Part shown: piece by piece, positions 55,649 through 64,000 of the stretch
Position numbering within the stretch: position 1 is the stretch's first letter
How the letters are laid out: each line of letters opens with the position of its first letter
NCBI GenBank assembly: GCA_964616465.1
Contig: CAZTTO010000010.1
Coordinates: 44,712 to 108,711, forward strand
DNA length: 64,000 nt
Direction of reading: 5' to 3'
Source of the DNA: an uncultured Hydrotalea sp.
Lineage (GTDB): Bacteria > Bacteroidota > Bacteroidia > Chitinophagales > Chitinophagaceae
Program-made: the position numbers and the translations under genes
Notes under the pieces: generated by a model
Database searches by the model: none
Told to the model about the DNA's origin: nothing
What the model saw: only the letters and a program-made list of their open reading frames with translations

Positions 55649-56926
55649 TTATTGATTTCTTGATACGATTAAAGTAAAATGATCACGACTTGTAACAACC
55701 ACTTTATCACCTTTTTTGAAAGATACGCCATTTGAAGAAGCCTGCCAAAGCTCACCTTGCACCATGATCCATCCTTGATCAGAAAAGTCTTCAGAAACCT
55801 CACCTTCAGCTCCTATAAGTGCATCTTCACCGGTACTTACTTTTTCATTTTGTGCACGAAGACCGAACCAAGCAATTCCACCAAAAAAAGCAGCTACTAG
55901 TAACACAGTTGGAATAATGACAGAATTTGAAATTCGAGCAAATTCTAATGGTGAATCCGTTTTCAGCAACATCATTGATCCAAGAAATAATGCTACGATA
56001 CCTCCTACTGTCAGCACTCCATTGGTTGCAGTATATACTTCCGCTATGAAAAATATAACTGCAAGAACAACCAATGCAATTCCAATAATATTGACTGGAA
56101 GACTATGCATTGCATAAAAAGATAGCAATAGTGAGATTGAACCTACAATTCCAGGGAATAATGTTCCTGGACTATACAATTCAAGTATGATGCCCAACAA
56201 ACCTAAAGTCATAAATACATAAGCTACCTCTGGATCTGCAATTAGAACCAACATTTTTTCAAAAAAGTTCATGGGCAATTCAATGATAGCTGATGAAGAA
56301 AAGTCTAACGACTGCAATTCATTCCCAATTTTAACTTCTTTGTCTTGTAAAGCCTTCAGCAACTCCTCCATATCATTTGCAACTATATCAATAACGTTCC
56401 GTTCCTTAGCTTCAGCCGCAGTAATTGATTCACTTTTTCTAACTGCCAATTCAGCCCAAATAGTATCTCGCTTTCTTTGTTCTGCAATGCTTCTTATGAA
56501 AGCAGCAGCGTCATTCGTAACTTTTGCTGACATAATAGAATCCATCGATTGCTGCATTGAAACTGGATGTGCGGCACCAATATTAGTGCCTGGCGACATA
56601 GCAGCGATATGTCCAGCCATTGTAATAAATACGCCAGCAGATCCTGCATGAGCTCCATTTGGAGTGACATAAACAATAATTGGCACAGGTGATTCTAAAA
56701 TATCCTGTACAATTTGACGAGTTGTCTTTAGCAACCCGCCAGGTGTGTTCAACTCAACCACCAAAGCACTCGCTTTTTTATCGATGGCTGTTTGGATACC
56801 TCTCTTCAAATAATCAGAAATAGGTGGGCTAATTGCACCATCGATACGTATAACATAAACATCGGCAGCAACAGAAGTTGAATAAATCAAAAACGTATGA
56901 AATAATATAAATAGAAACTTTTTCAT
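55649..56926 (-). CDS. NfeD-family membrane-bound ClpP-class serine protease
   Basis: 425 aa. Periplasmic ClpP-like domain, TM block and a C-terminal OB-like NfeD domain. It sits upstream of stomatin, the classic pairing. Confidence 0.85.
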   Translation of the reverse strand: MKKFLFILFHTFLIYSTSVAADVYVIRIDGAISPPISDYLKRGIQTAIDKKASALVVELNTPGGLLKTTRQIVQDILESPVPIIVYVTPNGAHAGSAGVFITMAGHIAAMSPGTNIGAAHPVSMQQSMDSIMSAKVTNDAAAFIRSIAEQRKRDTIWAELAVRKSESITAAEAKERNVIDIVANDMEELLKALQDKEVKIGNELQSLDFSSSAIIELPMNFFEKMLVLIADPEVAYVFMTLGLLGIILELYSPGTLFPGIVGSISLLLSFYAMHSLPVNIIGIALVVLAVIFFIAEVYTATNGVLTVGGIVALFLGSMMLLKTDSPLEFARISNSVIIPTVLLVAAFFGGIAWFGLRAQNEKVSTGEDALIGAEGEVSEDFSDQGWIMVQGELWQASSNGVSFKKGDKVVVTSRDHFTLIVSRNQ

Positions 56927-57510
56927 AAACGAGAAATTGGTTCATTACTGTTGTTGCGGAAAATGATATGCCATGCGCCTCTTAAATCGCCCTCTTTATA
57001 GTTTATTGCCCGATCATCAGGATATAAATGATTAATGGCTTGCACAACTGTAGGCTGCATATCTTTTTGTGGATCACCATGACAAGCAAGACACATAGGT
57101 TGAATAATGATGGGTTTAAAGTAATGCACTTCGTTTACGGAAATCCTCACCAACTCAGGCTTTTGAATCGCAGCCAATCTTTTTAGAACTTCTCTTTCAA
57201 GTGAATCAGGCGCATTACCATGATTTCGAAACTGAGTCGAAACCCTTTTAATTGTAACATCTTCACTCTTATATACATTGGTCAAACTTAGCGCTTGTAC
57301 ATTGCAATAAGAAACAGCCCCTTCAAATCCATTTTGTGCAATTGCTTTTTGCAAGGATATCCTCAAAGTATCAAAAGTGGCAAGTACCAAACTATCACCC
57401 TCTTTGATATATAAGCTATCAGATTTTGATTCTATATTTTTTGTAGAATTAGTACATGCCGCCAAAAGAAGCATCAATCCCAAAAAATGTATCCTAATTT
57501 TGAACATCAT
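56923..57510 (-). CDS. DUF3365 (Tll0287-like) c-type heme lipoprotein
   Basis: Lipobox LLLAAC and heme-binding CLACH (CxxCH). Its stop overlaps the NfeD start (ATGA). Confidence 0.65.
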   Translation of the reverse strand: MMFKIRIHFLGLMLLLAACTNSTKNIESKSDSLYIKEGDSLVLATFDTLRISLQKAIAQNGFEGAVSYCNVQALSLTNVYKSEDVTIKRVSTQFRNHGNAPDSLEREVLKRLAAIQKPELVRISVNEVHYFKPIIIQPMCLACHGDPQKDMQPTVVQAINHLYPDDRAINYKEGDLRGAWHIIFRNNSNEPISRL

Positions 57511-57596
57511 AACTGAGATTTTGTTCTAAGTTACTGAATCCAATCGCCCTAGCCACATTTTAATGATGGTTTTGAAATTTTATAAAAAGATATACA

Positions 57597-58238
57597 ATGA
57601 ATACAGACATAGCTTCTATAAGAAAGGATTATCAAAAAAGATCACTCGACGAAAAAGATGTAGCTCCAAATCCAATGCAACAATTTGATACATGGTGGCA
57701 AGAAGCTATCGGATCAAATATTGATGAAGTAAATGCTATGACTTTGGCTACTGTAGATAAAGAAGGAATACCAGATGCTAGAACCGTATTATTAAAAGGA
57801 CTAGATGAGAACGGATTTGTATTTTTTACCAATTATGAGAGTTCAAAAAGCAAGCAATTAGAAGAGCAGCCATCTTGTGCTATACTTTTCTTTTGGAAAG
57901 AATTAGAGCGCCAAGTGAGAATTAGAGGTATTGCTGAAAAAATTAGTACCGAAGAAAGTGTTGCTTATTTTAACAGCAGACCAGACGGAAGTAAAATTGG
58001 GGCTTGGGCATCTCCACAAAGTTGGGTTGTTGCAGGCAAAGCATGGCTGGAGCAAACATTTGATTATTATCTAGAACGATTCAAACGTGGTGAAATTCCA
58101 AAACCACCACATTGGGGTGGGTTTAGAATAATACCTACCCAAATTGAATTCTGGCAAGGAAGACCTAACAGAATGCACGATCGAATTAGATATACTAAAG
58201 ACCAAGACAACTGGACAATTGAGAGGTTAGCACCGTAA
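57597..58238 (+). CDS. pdxH: Pyridoxamine 5'-phosphate oxidase
   Basis: 213 aa. The C-terminal IEFWQGRPNRMHDRIRY signature. Confidence 0.93.
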   Translation: MNTDIASIRKDYQKRSLDEKDVAPNPMQQFDTWWQEAIGSNIDEVNAMTLATVDKEGIPDARTVLLKGLDENGFVFFTNYESSKSKQLEEQPSCAILFFWKELERQVRIRGIAEKISTEESVAYFNSRPDGSKIGAWASPQSWVVAGKAWLEQTFDYYLERFKRGEIPKPPHWGGFRIIPTQIEFWQGRPNRMHDRIRYTKDQDNWTIERLAP

Positions 58239-58254
58239 TTTAACTGCATTGATC

Positions 58255-59967
58255 TTATAGCAGTAAATTATGTTCCTTACCAGTTTGAATAGCCAATTCA
58301 TACCCTGCATCTGCATGACGAATCACCCCCATACCAGGATCATTCCTAAGCACTCTCTTTAGCCTACGTGCTGCATCATCAGAACCATCGGCTACAATCA
58401 CCATACCTGCATGAATACTATAACCCATTCCAACCCCTCCGCCATGGTGTAAACTAACCCAGCTTGCACCTCCTGCAGTATTGACTAATGCGTTTAATAT
58501 AGGCCAATCGGCAACTGCATCGCTACCATCTAACATTGACTCGGTTTCACGATTAGGAGAAGCTACACTTCCTGTATCGAGGTGGTCTCTACCAATAACT
58601 ATTGGAGCTTTGAGTTTTCCTTGTTTAACCATTTCGTTAAATGCCAATCCAGCCAACTCCCTTTGCCCCTGTCCTAACCAACAAATTCTTGCTGGCAATC
58701 CTTGAAATGCAATTTTCTCTCCAGCCATTTTCATCCATCTGGCCAAAGATTTTTCTTCTGGAAATATTTCCAATATTTTTTGATCAGTAGCTGCAATATC
58801 TGCCGGATCTCCACTTAAAGCAGCCCATCTAAAAGGACCCTTCCCTTCGCAAAACAAAGGACGTATATAAGCCGGTACAAAACCAGGAAATAATTCACTT
58901 GATTTAAGCGAAGGTGCTTTATCAATCAAACTTCCAAAACGATGTTGTTTATCGTGCTCAGTATTATTTTGTGCAAACTCAATTGCTCTCGCTCGAATAT
59001 TATTTCCGTAATCAAATGCAATAGCGCCAGCATCTTGTAAATGCATCATTAATTGAATATGCTCATACATGCTTTCATAAGAAAGAGCGACATATTTCTG
59101 AGGATCATTAGTCCTTAATTGATTAGCTGCTTCAACAGACAATTGATGTGGGAAATACCCTATCAGTGGATCGTGTGCACTCGTTTGATCGGTGATTGTT
59201 TCAGGAACAATCTTCCTTTCAATCAATCGATTTAAAAGTAGAACAGCATTACAATGCACGCCAATACTTTTTGCCTCTCCTTTTATTTTACAATCAACAG
59301 CACGATCTATTGCTTGATCAATATCATGAAAAAGTTCATCTAAATATCGAGTCTCCAAGCGCTTGGTGGCTCGCCACTCTTCTACTTCAGCAATTAATGC
59401 TACGCCTTCATTCATAGTAATTGCCAAAGGTTGTGCACCACCCATTCCACCTAGTCCTGCTGTTACATGTAAAGTTCCTTTTAATGTTCCGCCAAAATGC
59501 TTATTTGCAATTGCAGCATAAGTTTCATAAGTACCCTGCACAATTCCTTGCGAACCAATATAAATCCAACTACCAGCAGTCATTTGGCCATACATCATCA
59601 ATCCCTTCTTCTCCAATTCATCAAAATGATTCCAGTTAGCCCAATTAGGTACGAGCTGACTATTACTAATTAAAACCCTAGGTGCATCTATATGAGTAGG
59701 CATAACGGCAACAGGCTTACCACTTTGGATTAAAAGGGTTTCATCATTTTCTAACCGTTGTAAAACTTCTAAGATTTTAAAAAGTGCATCAGAGTTTCTT
59801 GCAGCCTTTCCTCTACCTCCATAAACAATAAGATCCTCAGGTGACTCAGCCACCGAAGGATCTAAATTATTCAACAACATTCTATAAGCTGCTTCTTGTA
59901 TCCAACCTTTACATACCAATTGAGACCCTGTAGGGGTCTTAGGAATTGAAATTTTATTTTCTTTCAT
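58255..59967 (-). CDS. hutU: Urocanate hydratase
   Basis: [15 protein letters not shown] motif and full-length urocanase. The ATG at 59967 is preferred over the TTG at 59973. Confidence 0.93.
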   Translation of the reverse strand: MKENKISIPKTPTGSQLVCKGWIQEAAYRMLLNNLDPSVAESPEDLIVYGGRGKAARNSDALFKILEVLQRLENDETLLIQSGKPVAVMPTHIDAPRVLISNSQLVPNWANWNHFDELEKKGLMMYGQMTAGSWIYIGSQGIVQGTYETYAAIANKHFGGTLKGTLHVTAGLGGMGGAQPLAITMNEGVALIAEVEEWRATKRLETRYLDELFHDIDQAIDRAVDCKIKGEAKSIGVHCNAVLLLNRLIERKIVPETITDQTSAHDPLIGYFPHQLSVEAANQLRTNDPQKYVALSYESMYEHIQLMMHLQDAGAIAFDYGNNIRARAIEFAQNNTEHDKQHRFGSLIDKAPSLKSSELFPGFVPAYIRPLFCEGKGPFRWAALSGDPADIAATDQKILEIFPEEKSLARWMKMAGEKIAFQGLPARICWLGQGQRELAGLAFNEMVKQGKLKAPIVIGRDHLDTGSVASPNRETESMLDGSDAVADWPILNALVNTAGGASWVSLHHGGGVGMGYSIHAGMVIVADGSDDAARRLKRVLRNDPGMGVIRHADAGYELAIQTGKEHNLLL

Positions 59968-60032
59968 ATGCAATCAATCCACGACAAGATACAACAGTTT
60001 ATTGTATCAGGTATTGATGCTAATGTAAGAGT

Positions 60033-60497
60033 CTATCTAAAGGAAATTAACTCAACATCAAAAATAAGGGTAACATTTGGACCAATTTGTGCACTCACTT
60101 GTCGATCGCCATAAGCCAAGTGTGGTGGAATAAAAAACCTGAATTTGCTACCTGTAGGCATCAATTGAAGACCTTCTGTCCAACCAGCAATTACCCTATT
60201 CAATGGAAAGCTTGCTGGAGTTCCTCTTTGAACAGAACTATCAAATACAGTTCCATCGATTAGAGTGCCATGATAATGACAAGTAACAGTATGAATAGGC
60301 CAAGGTTTTTCACCATCACCCATGTTCAACACTTCATATTGTAAACCACTTTCTAATGCTACTACCCCATCACGTTTTGCATTCTCAGTAAGAAATGCTT
60401 GTCCTTCTGCTAAGTTTTTATTCGACAACTCTAATTTTCTTTGCGCTAGAATATCTGCTGCTCCCATAATTTTTTTGACAAATGTAAACAGGCCCAT
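60033..60497 (-). CDS. FKBP-type peptidyl-prolyl cis-trans isomerase
   Basis: YHGTLIDGTVFDSS and LIFDVELI motifs. The ATG at 60497 is preferred. Confidence 0.9.
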   Translation of the reverse strand: MGLFTFVKKIMGAADILAQRKLELSNKNLAEGQAFLTENAKRDGVVALESGLQYEVLNMGDGEKPWPIHTVTCHYHGTLIDGTVFDSSVQRGTPASFPLNRVIAGWTEGLQLMPTGSKFRFFIPPHLAYGDRQVSAQIGPNVTLIFDVELISFR

Positions 60498-60644
60498 GTT
60501 CTTCAACTAATTTTTGGTTGATAATAGTACAAAGTAGGGCATTAATAAGTTTTGAAAATAAATGACTCCGAATTAAAAATTAATGACACCGCTTTTGTTA
60601 CCTCTTTATGTTAATAAAGCACTATTTAGAACTGAAACGAAATA

Positions 60645-60681
60645 AACTAAAAAACCCTTAACTCGTTGAGAATTAAGGGTT
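60645..60681 (-). terminator. Intrinsic terminator downstream of tRNA-Lys
   Basis: Stems AACCCTTAA(60653-60661) and TTAAGGGTT(60673-60681). Followed on the minus strand by TTTTTAGTTTATTT. Confidence 0.7.
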
Positions 60682-60717
60682 TTCAGTTCAGAACTAAAAG
60701 GTTCAAAAGATAGGTTG

Positions 60718-60790
60718 TGATCCCGCTGGGACTCGAACCCAGGGCCCATACATTAAAAGTGTATTGCTCTACCAACTGAGCTACGGAATC
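60718..60790 (-). tRNA. tRNA-Lys: tRNA-Lys (anticodon UUU), CCA not encoded
   Basis: Reverse complement is GATTCCGTAGCTCAGTTGGTAGAGCAATACACTTTTAATGTATGGGCCCTGGGTTCGAGTCCCAGCGGGATCA. It folds into a 7-bp acceptor stem, D arm GCTC/GAGC, anticodon loop CTTTTAA and T arm CTGGG/CCCAG. Confidence 0.95.
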
Positions 60791-60826
60791 AGGGCTTAAT
60801 GAATAAGTCCTTTAAATTTTGGAGTG

Positions 60827-60834
60827 CAAAAATA
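60827..60834 (-). promoter_or_regulatory. -7 box TATTTTTG upstream of tRNA-Lys
   Basis: Forward caaaaata is the reverse complement of TATTTTTG. It lies 36 nt upstream of the mature 5' end. Confidence 0.45.
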
Positions 60835-60891
60835 GGTGAATTCAAAAAACTGACAAATTTTTTATGGAATTAATTCTCAATTATTTAAATC

Positions 60892-61128
60892 TCATCGATT
60901 ACTCCGAAAAAGTCTTGCAAAAAAACCTTTTGATTCTTCACCGTGATATGCTTTGCTATCAACTATTTCATCTAGTATTTCAACATTTTTTGCTTCAGTC
61001 CAATCATCTAATCCCTTGAACCATACCATATCGTTAGCCTTTAATCCTTTATCCTTTAAAACATCTAAAGTATATGGACCTTTAAGAAGCTTATTTTTTT
61101 TAAGTAAGTAAATGGATACATCATTCAT
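60892..61128 (-). CDS. GYF_2 (DUF4339) domain protein
   Basis: IYLLKKNKLLKGPYTLDVLKDKGLKANDMVWFKGLDDWTEAKNV. ATG at 61128. Confidence 0.65.
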   Translation of the reverse strand: MNDVSIYLLKKNKLLKGPYTLDVLKDKGLKANDMVWFKGLDDWTEAKNVEILDEIVDSKAYHGEESKGFFARLFRSNR

Positions 61129-61179
61129 TGTTCCAAATATAAAACATGACAAACATTTTTATAACATCTATTTTCCACA

Positions 61180-62766
61180 TCAAAAAGATAAAACAGCTGA
61201 TTTTAATGCTATATCATCTTTTAGTATAAATTTATAATACTCCTGCCCTTTCCAAATATAGCGAGCAATATTCAATGCTGCCCTTTTTACTAAATAGATT
61301 TGATCACTTGCCATCATTTGTACTGGCTGCAATCCCTGCTCAATCTGCAATTCATTAAAAACCTTCCAATCATCCCCATCTAGCTTTAATACTTCTTGTA
61401 ACTGATTCAACGAAACTGCACCCTGTAACTTTTTCCCGTACTTCTTATATAGCCTATACGACCAAGTTTGTAAAATATCCTGGCGAAGTACTTGCATTGC
61501 AGTTGTACTTAATTTTACGGTATCTCCATTTACCAATTTATCTGGCTCAATACCTCCCCCACCAAAAAGCTTTTTACCTGCAGGTGTTGTAAATGACTTA
61601 CCGTTGTGTGCCTCCTGTAAGGTGGAATCTTGCATTAATGAAGACATTCTTCTTTTAGCATGGCGTTCTTGATAAGCTGCTTTTCCATCCGAATATGGTT
61701 GCTGAATATTTCTTCCAAGTGGTGTAAAATATCTTGCTACGGTTAATCTAACTGCACTCCTATCACTTAACGTGAACTGCTCTTGTACTAGCCCCTTTCC
61801 AAATGAAGGCAGTCCAACAACTACTGCCCTATCCCAATCTTGTAGAGCACCAGCAAGTACTTCTGAGGCTGAAGCAGATGATTCATCCATTAATACAGCT
61901 AATTTACCCTCTTCAAATAAACCATCCCTTTTAGCTCTGTATTCCGTTCTTGGAGAACGTCGACCTTCGGTATATACAATCAATTTATTTCCACTTAGAA
62001 ACTCATCAGCAATATCAACTGCTTCCTTCATCATTCCTCCACCATTTCCTCTAAGATCTAGTACCAATCTTTTCATGCCTTGTTGTTGTAACTTTTCCAG
62101 TTCTTGCATAAACTCTTCATAAGTGCGCTCACCAAATTTATTCAACTTAATATAGCCAGTAATGCTATCTAGTTTCATAGATACATCTACCGTACTTACT
62201 TGAACGTTCCCCCTTTCTATAATAATTTCCTTTAATTGATTGTCTCTTAACACTTGTACTTTCACCTTAGATCCCTTTTCACCACGAAGTGTTTTCCTAA
62301 TCTCTGCTGTGGTAATTTTTTTTCCAGATAGCTGAACAGTATCATTTGCCTTTAATAAAATATCTCCAGGTAAAACACCCGCTTTTTCAGATGGCCCGCC
62401 CTTTACAACATCCATTACATGAACTGTATCTTTTATCATCTGAAATTCGATACCTACACCCGAAAACTGTCCTAGTAAATCTTCTGTGCTCGCTTGCACA
62501 TCTGCTGGGGGTAAGTAAACTGAATGAGGATCAAGTTGTGAGAGTATATACCCCATTGTTTTATCCGACAAACTATCGAGGGCTACATCATCAACATATT
62601 TATTTCGAATCAATTCAAGTAGTTCTTGAATGCCTGTTTTTCCTTTTACTTCAAACAACCTTTCTCCTGAAGTTCTTGCTCTTAACTCATACCCCAACCA
62701 CATTCCTACAACAATCGATAAAGAAACTGTAAGTGGAAGCCAAACCCTTAATTTTTTATCTGCCAT
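61180..62766 (-). CDS. S41 carboxyl-terminal processing peptidase with PDZ domain
   Basis: 528 aa. DLRGNGGG and SASASEVLAGALQD motifs, with a PDZ segment GVLPGDILLKAND. Confidence 0.9.
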   Translation of the reverse strand: MADKKLRVWLPLTVSLSIVVGMWLGYELRARTSGERLFEVKGKTGIQELLELIRNKYVDDVALDSLSDKTMGYILSQLDPHSVYLPPADVQASTEDLLGQFSGVGIEFQMIKDTVHVMDVVKGGPSEKAGVLPGDILLKANDTVQLSGKKITTAEIRKTLRGEKGSKVKVQVLRDNQLKEIIIERGNVQVSTVDVSMKLDSITGYIKLNKFGERTYEEFMQELEKLQQQGMKRLVLDLRGNGGGMMKEAVDIADEFLSGNKLIVYTEGRRSPRTEYRAKRDGLFEEGKLAVLMDESSASASEVLAGALQDWDRAVVVGLPSFGKGLVQEQFTLSDRSAVRLTVARYFTPLGRNIQQPYSDGKAAYQERHAKRRMSSLMQDSTLQEAHNGKSFTTPAGKKLFGGGGIEPDKLVNGDTVKLSTTAMQVLRQDILQTWSYRLYKKYGKKLQGAVSLNQLQEVLKLDGDDWKVFNELQIEQGLQPVQMMASDQIYLVKRAALNIARYIWKGQEYYKFILKDDIALKSAVLSF

Positions 62767-62851
62767 ATTTATTAGTAATTTGTAAAATATTTAATCGACC
62801 TAAACATATTAATACAAACCTAACCGATTTGTTCAAATATTCCATTGTTCT

Positions 62852-63694
62852 ATGCCTACGAAATTGATTGCCGATAGTGGCTCCACAAAATGCGAATGGT
62901 GCTTGGTACTAGACGGTAAAAAGAAGAAAACCGTTATTACTCAAGGAATCAGCCCTTACTTCTTGTCTGAACAACAAATCCTATCGCTGCTCCATACCGA
63001 CTTATTACCGTCCTTGAAAAAATTTGAAATTGATGAAGTTCATTATTATGGAACTGGATTGGGCATTCAGCCACATGTTGATTTGCTAAAAAAAGTCCTG
63101 AAAAAGGCATTCCCGAAATCAAAAATTACAGCTAACAACGACCTCTTAGCCGCAGCAAGGGCAACATGTGGCAATAAACAAGGCATTGCCTGTATTTTAG
63201 GTACTGGCTCTAATTCTTGCTTTTATAACGGGAAAAAAATAACAAAAAATAGTCCAGGTATTGGCTATGTCCTTGGAGACGAAGGCAGTGGCGCCTATTT
63301 GGGCAAAAAAGTGCTTCAATATTTCCTATACAACACATTCGATGATGATCTTAGGGCAAGATTTGATGCAAAATTTGTTACAACTTATCGTGAAGTACTA
63401 GAAAATGTATACAAGAAGCCTCTGGCAAACCGATATTTAGCAGGTTTTGCTGTTTTTTTGGCTGAAAACAGAGGTCACTATATGATCGAAAACATAATAG
63501 AGGATGGAATAAATGACTTCTTTTTTCACCACTTATACAAATACACCGAAACTTGGAAATACCCTATTCACTTTGTAGGAAGTATCGCATTTGGTTTTAA
63601 AGATGTATTGAAGGAACTTTGCAATAGTTATGAAATGGAGTTAGGTACTGTTTTGAAAGCCCCAATGGATGGCTTAATACAGTACCACAAATAA
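62852..63694 (+). CDS. BadF/BadG/BcrA/BcrD-type ATPase, N-acetylglucosamine/MurNAc kinase-like
   Basis: [17 protein letters not shown] and [15 protein letters not shown] motifs. It lies immediately upstream of murQ. Confidence 0.75.
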   Translation: MPTKLIADSGSTKCEWCLVLDGKKKKTVITQGISPYFLSEQQILSLLHTDLLPSLKKFEIDEVHYYGTGLGIQPHVDLLKKVLKKAFPKSKITANNDLLAAARATCGNKQGIACILGTGSNSCFYNGKKITKNSPGIGYVLGDEGSGAYLGKKVLQYFLYNTFDDDLRARFDAKFVTTYREVLENVYKKPLANRYLAGFAVFLAENRGHYMIENIIEDGINDFFFHHLYKYTETWKYPIHFVGSIAFGFKDVLKELCNSYEMELGTVLKAPMDGLIQYHK

Positions 63695-63714
63695 TTTTAA
63701 CCTTGGCACACCGT

Positions 63715-64000
63715 ATGAAAAAAGCATTTGAGAAAGTAACAGAACAAACTTCATCATATCGTCATCTTGAAAAAATGACAGTTGAGGAAGTCTTGATTAA
63801 TATTAATAAAGAAGATAAATCGGTCCCATTAGCAGTTGAAAAAGCAATCCCGCAAATTGAAAAACTGACTTCTGTTATTGCCGACAAAATGTTATCGGGA
63901 GGCCGACTCTTTTATATAGGAGCCGGAACAAGTGGAAGATTGGGTATTGTTGATGCAAGCGAATGTCCTCCAACTTATGGCGTCCCATATGGATTGGTTA
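63715..64000 (+). CDS. murQ: N-acetylmuramic acid 6-phosphate etherase (5' part; runs off the window)
   Basis: Hand translation: [90 protein letters not shown], which carries the SIS-domain signature. Confidence 0.88.
   Translation, partial: MKKAFEKVTEQTSSYRHLEKMTVEEVLININKEDKSVPLAVEKAIPQIEKLTSVIADKMLSGGRLFYIGAGTSGRLGIVDASECPPTYGVPYGLV

Noticed and set aside
60561-60591. Imperfect direct repeat AATGAC(T/A)CCG x2, 21 nt apart, upstream of the FKBP gene.
   Set aside because: There are only two copies of a 10-mer with a mismatch in AT-rich intergenic DNA, which is too little to claim a regulatory site.
1-64000. Searched for CRISPR arrays, transposases, integrases, phage genes, rRNA genes and long direct or inverted repeats.
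   Set aside because: I saw no regularly spaced repeats, no DDE/tyrosine/serine recombinase-like ORFs and no rRNA-like sequence. Only one tRNA is present. The window looks like stable chromosome.

Overview
This is an AT-rich chromosomal segment that looks Bacteroidota-like, probably Chitinophagia or Sphingobacteriia. That placement is an inference from gene content: a CarboxypepD_reg TonB-dependent receptor, DUF5686-like, DUF4270-like and HYC_CC_PP-like proteins, short glycogen-synthase-like protein, and TAnnTTTG -7 boxes. All family names come from motif recognition by eye; no database search was run. I call about 67 protein genes, three of them partial, interrupted or very small, plus one tRNA-Lys(UUU). 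I found no rRNA, CRISPR array, transposase, integrase or phage genes. Most of the window is ordinary housekeeping: purC, trhO, miaE, rlmB, metK, panC, panD, panB, ppk1-ppx, sucC, PBP1A, pdxH, hutU and murQ. I do not see a clear defence island or mobile element. Five places deserve a second look. (1) At 3994-4969 there is a tandem array of three unannotated paralogous mini-genes. Each encodes a 51-55 aa peptide with a C-terminal hydrophobic segment and has its own -7 box exactly 21 nt upstream of the ATG and its own intrinsic terminator. (2) At 50271-54109 a minus-strand cluster encodes secreted metal- and thiol-handling proteins: two HMA proteins (one with a 16-Cys tail), a TlpA-like thioredoxin and two beta-barrel candidates. 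(3) The same cluster holds an HYC_CC_PP-like gene broken by an in-frame TGA. (4) At 48156-50266 a class-I glutamine amidotransferase sits next to an uncharacterised, possibly ATP-grasp-like protein. (5) There are two separate SPFH modules. One is DUF3365(heme c)-NfeD-stomatin, and the other carries a 32-codon micro-ORF.
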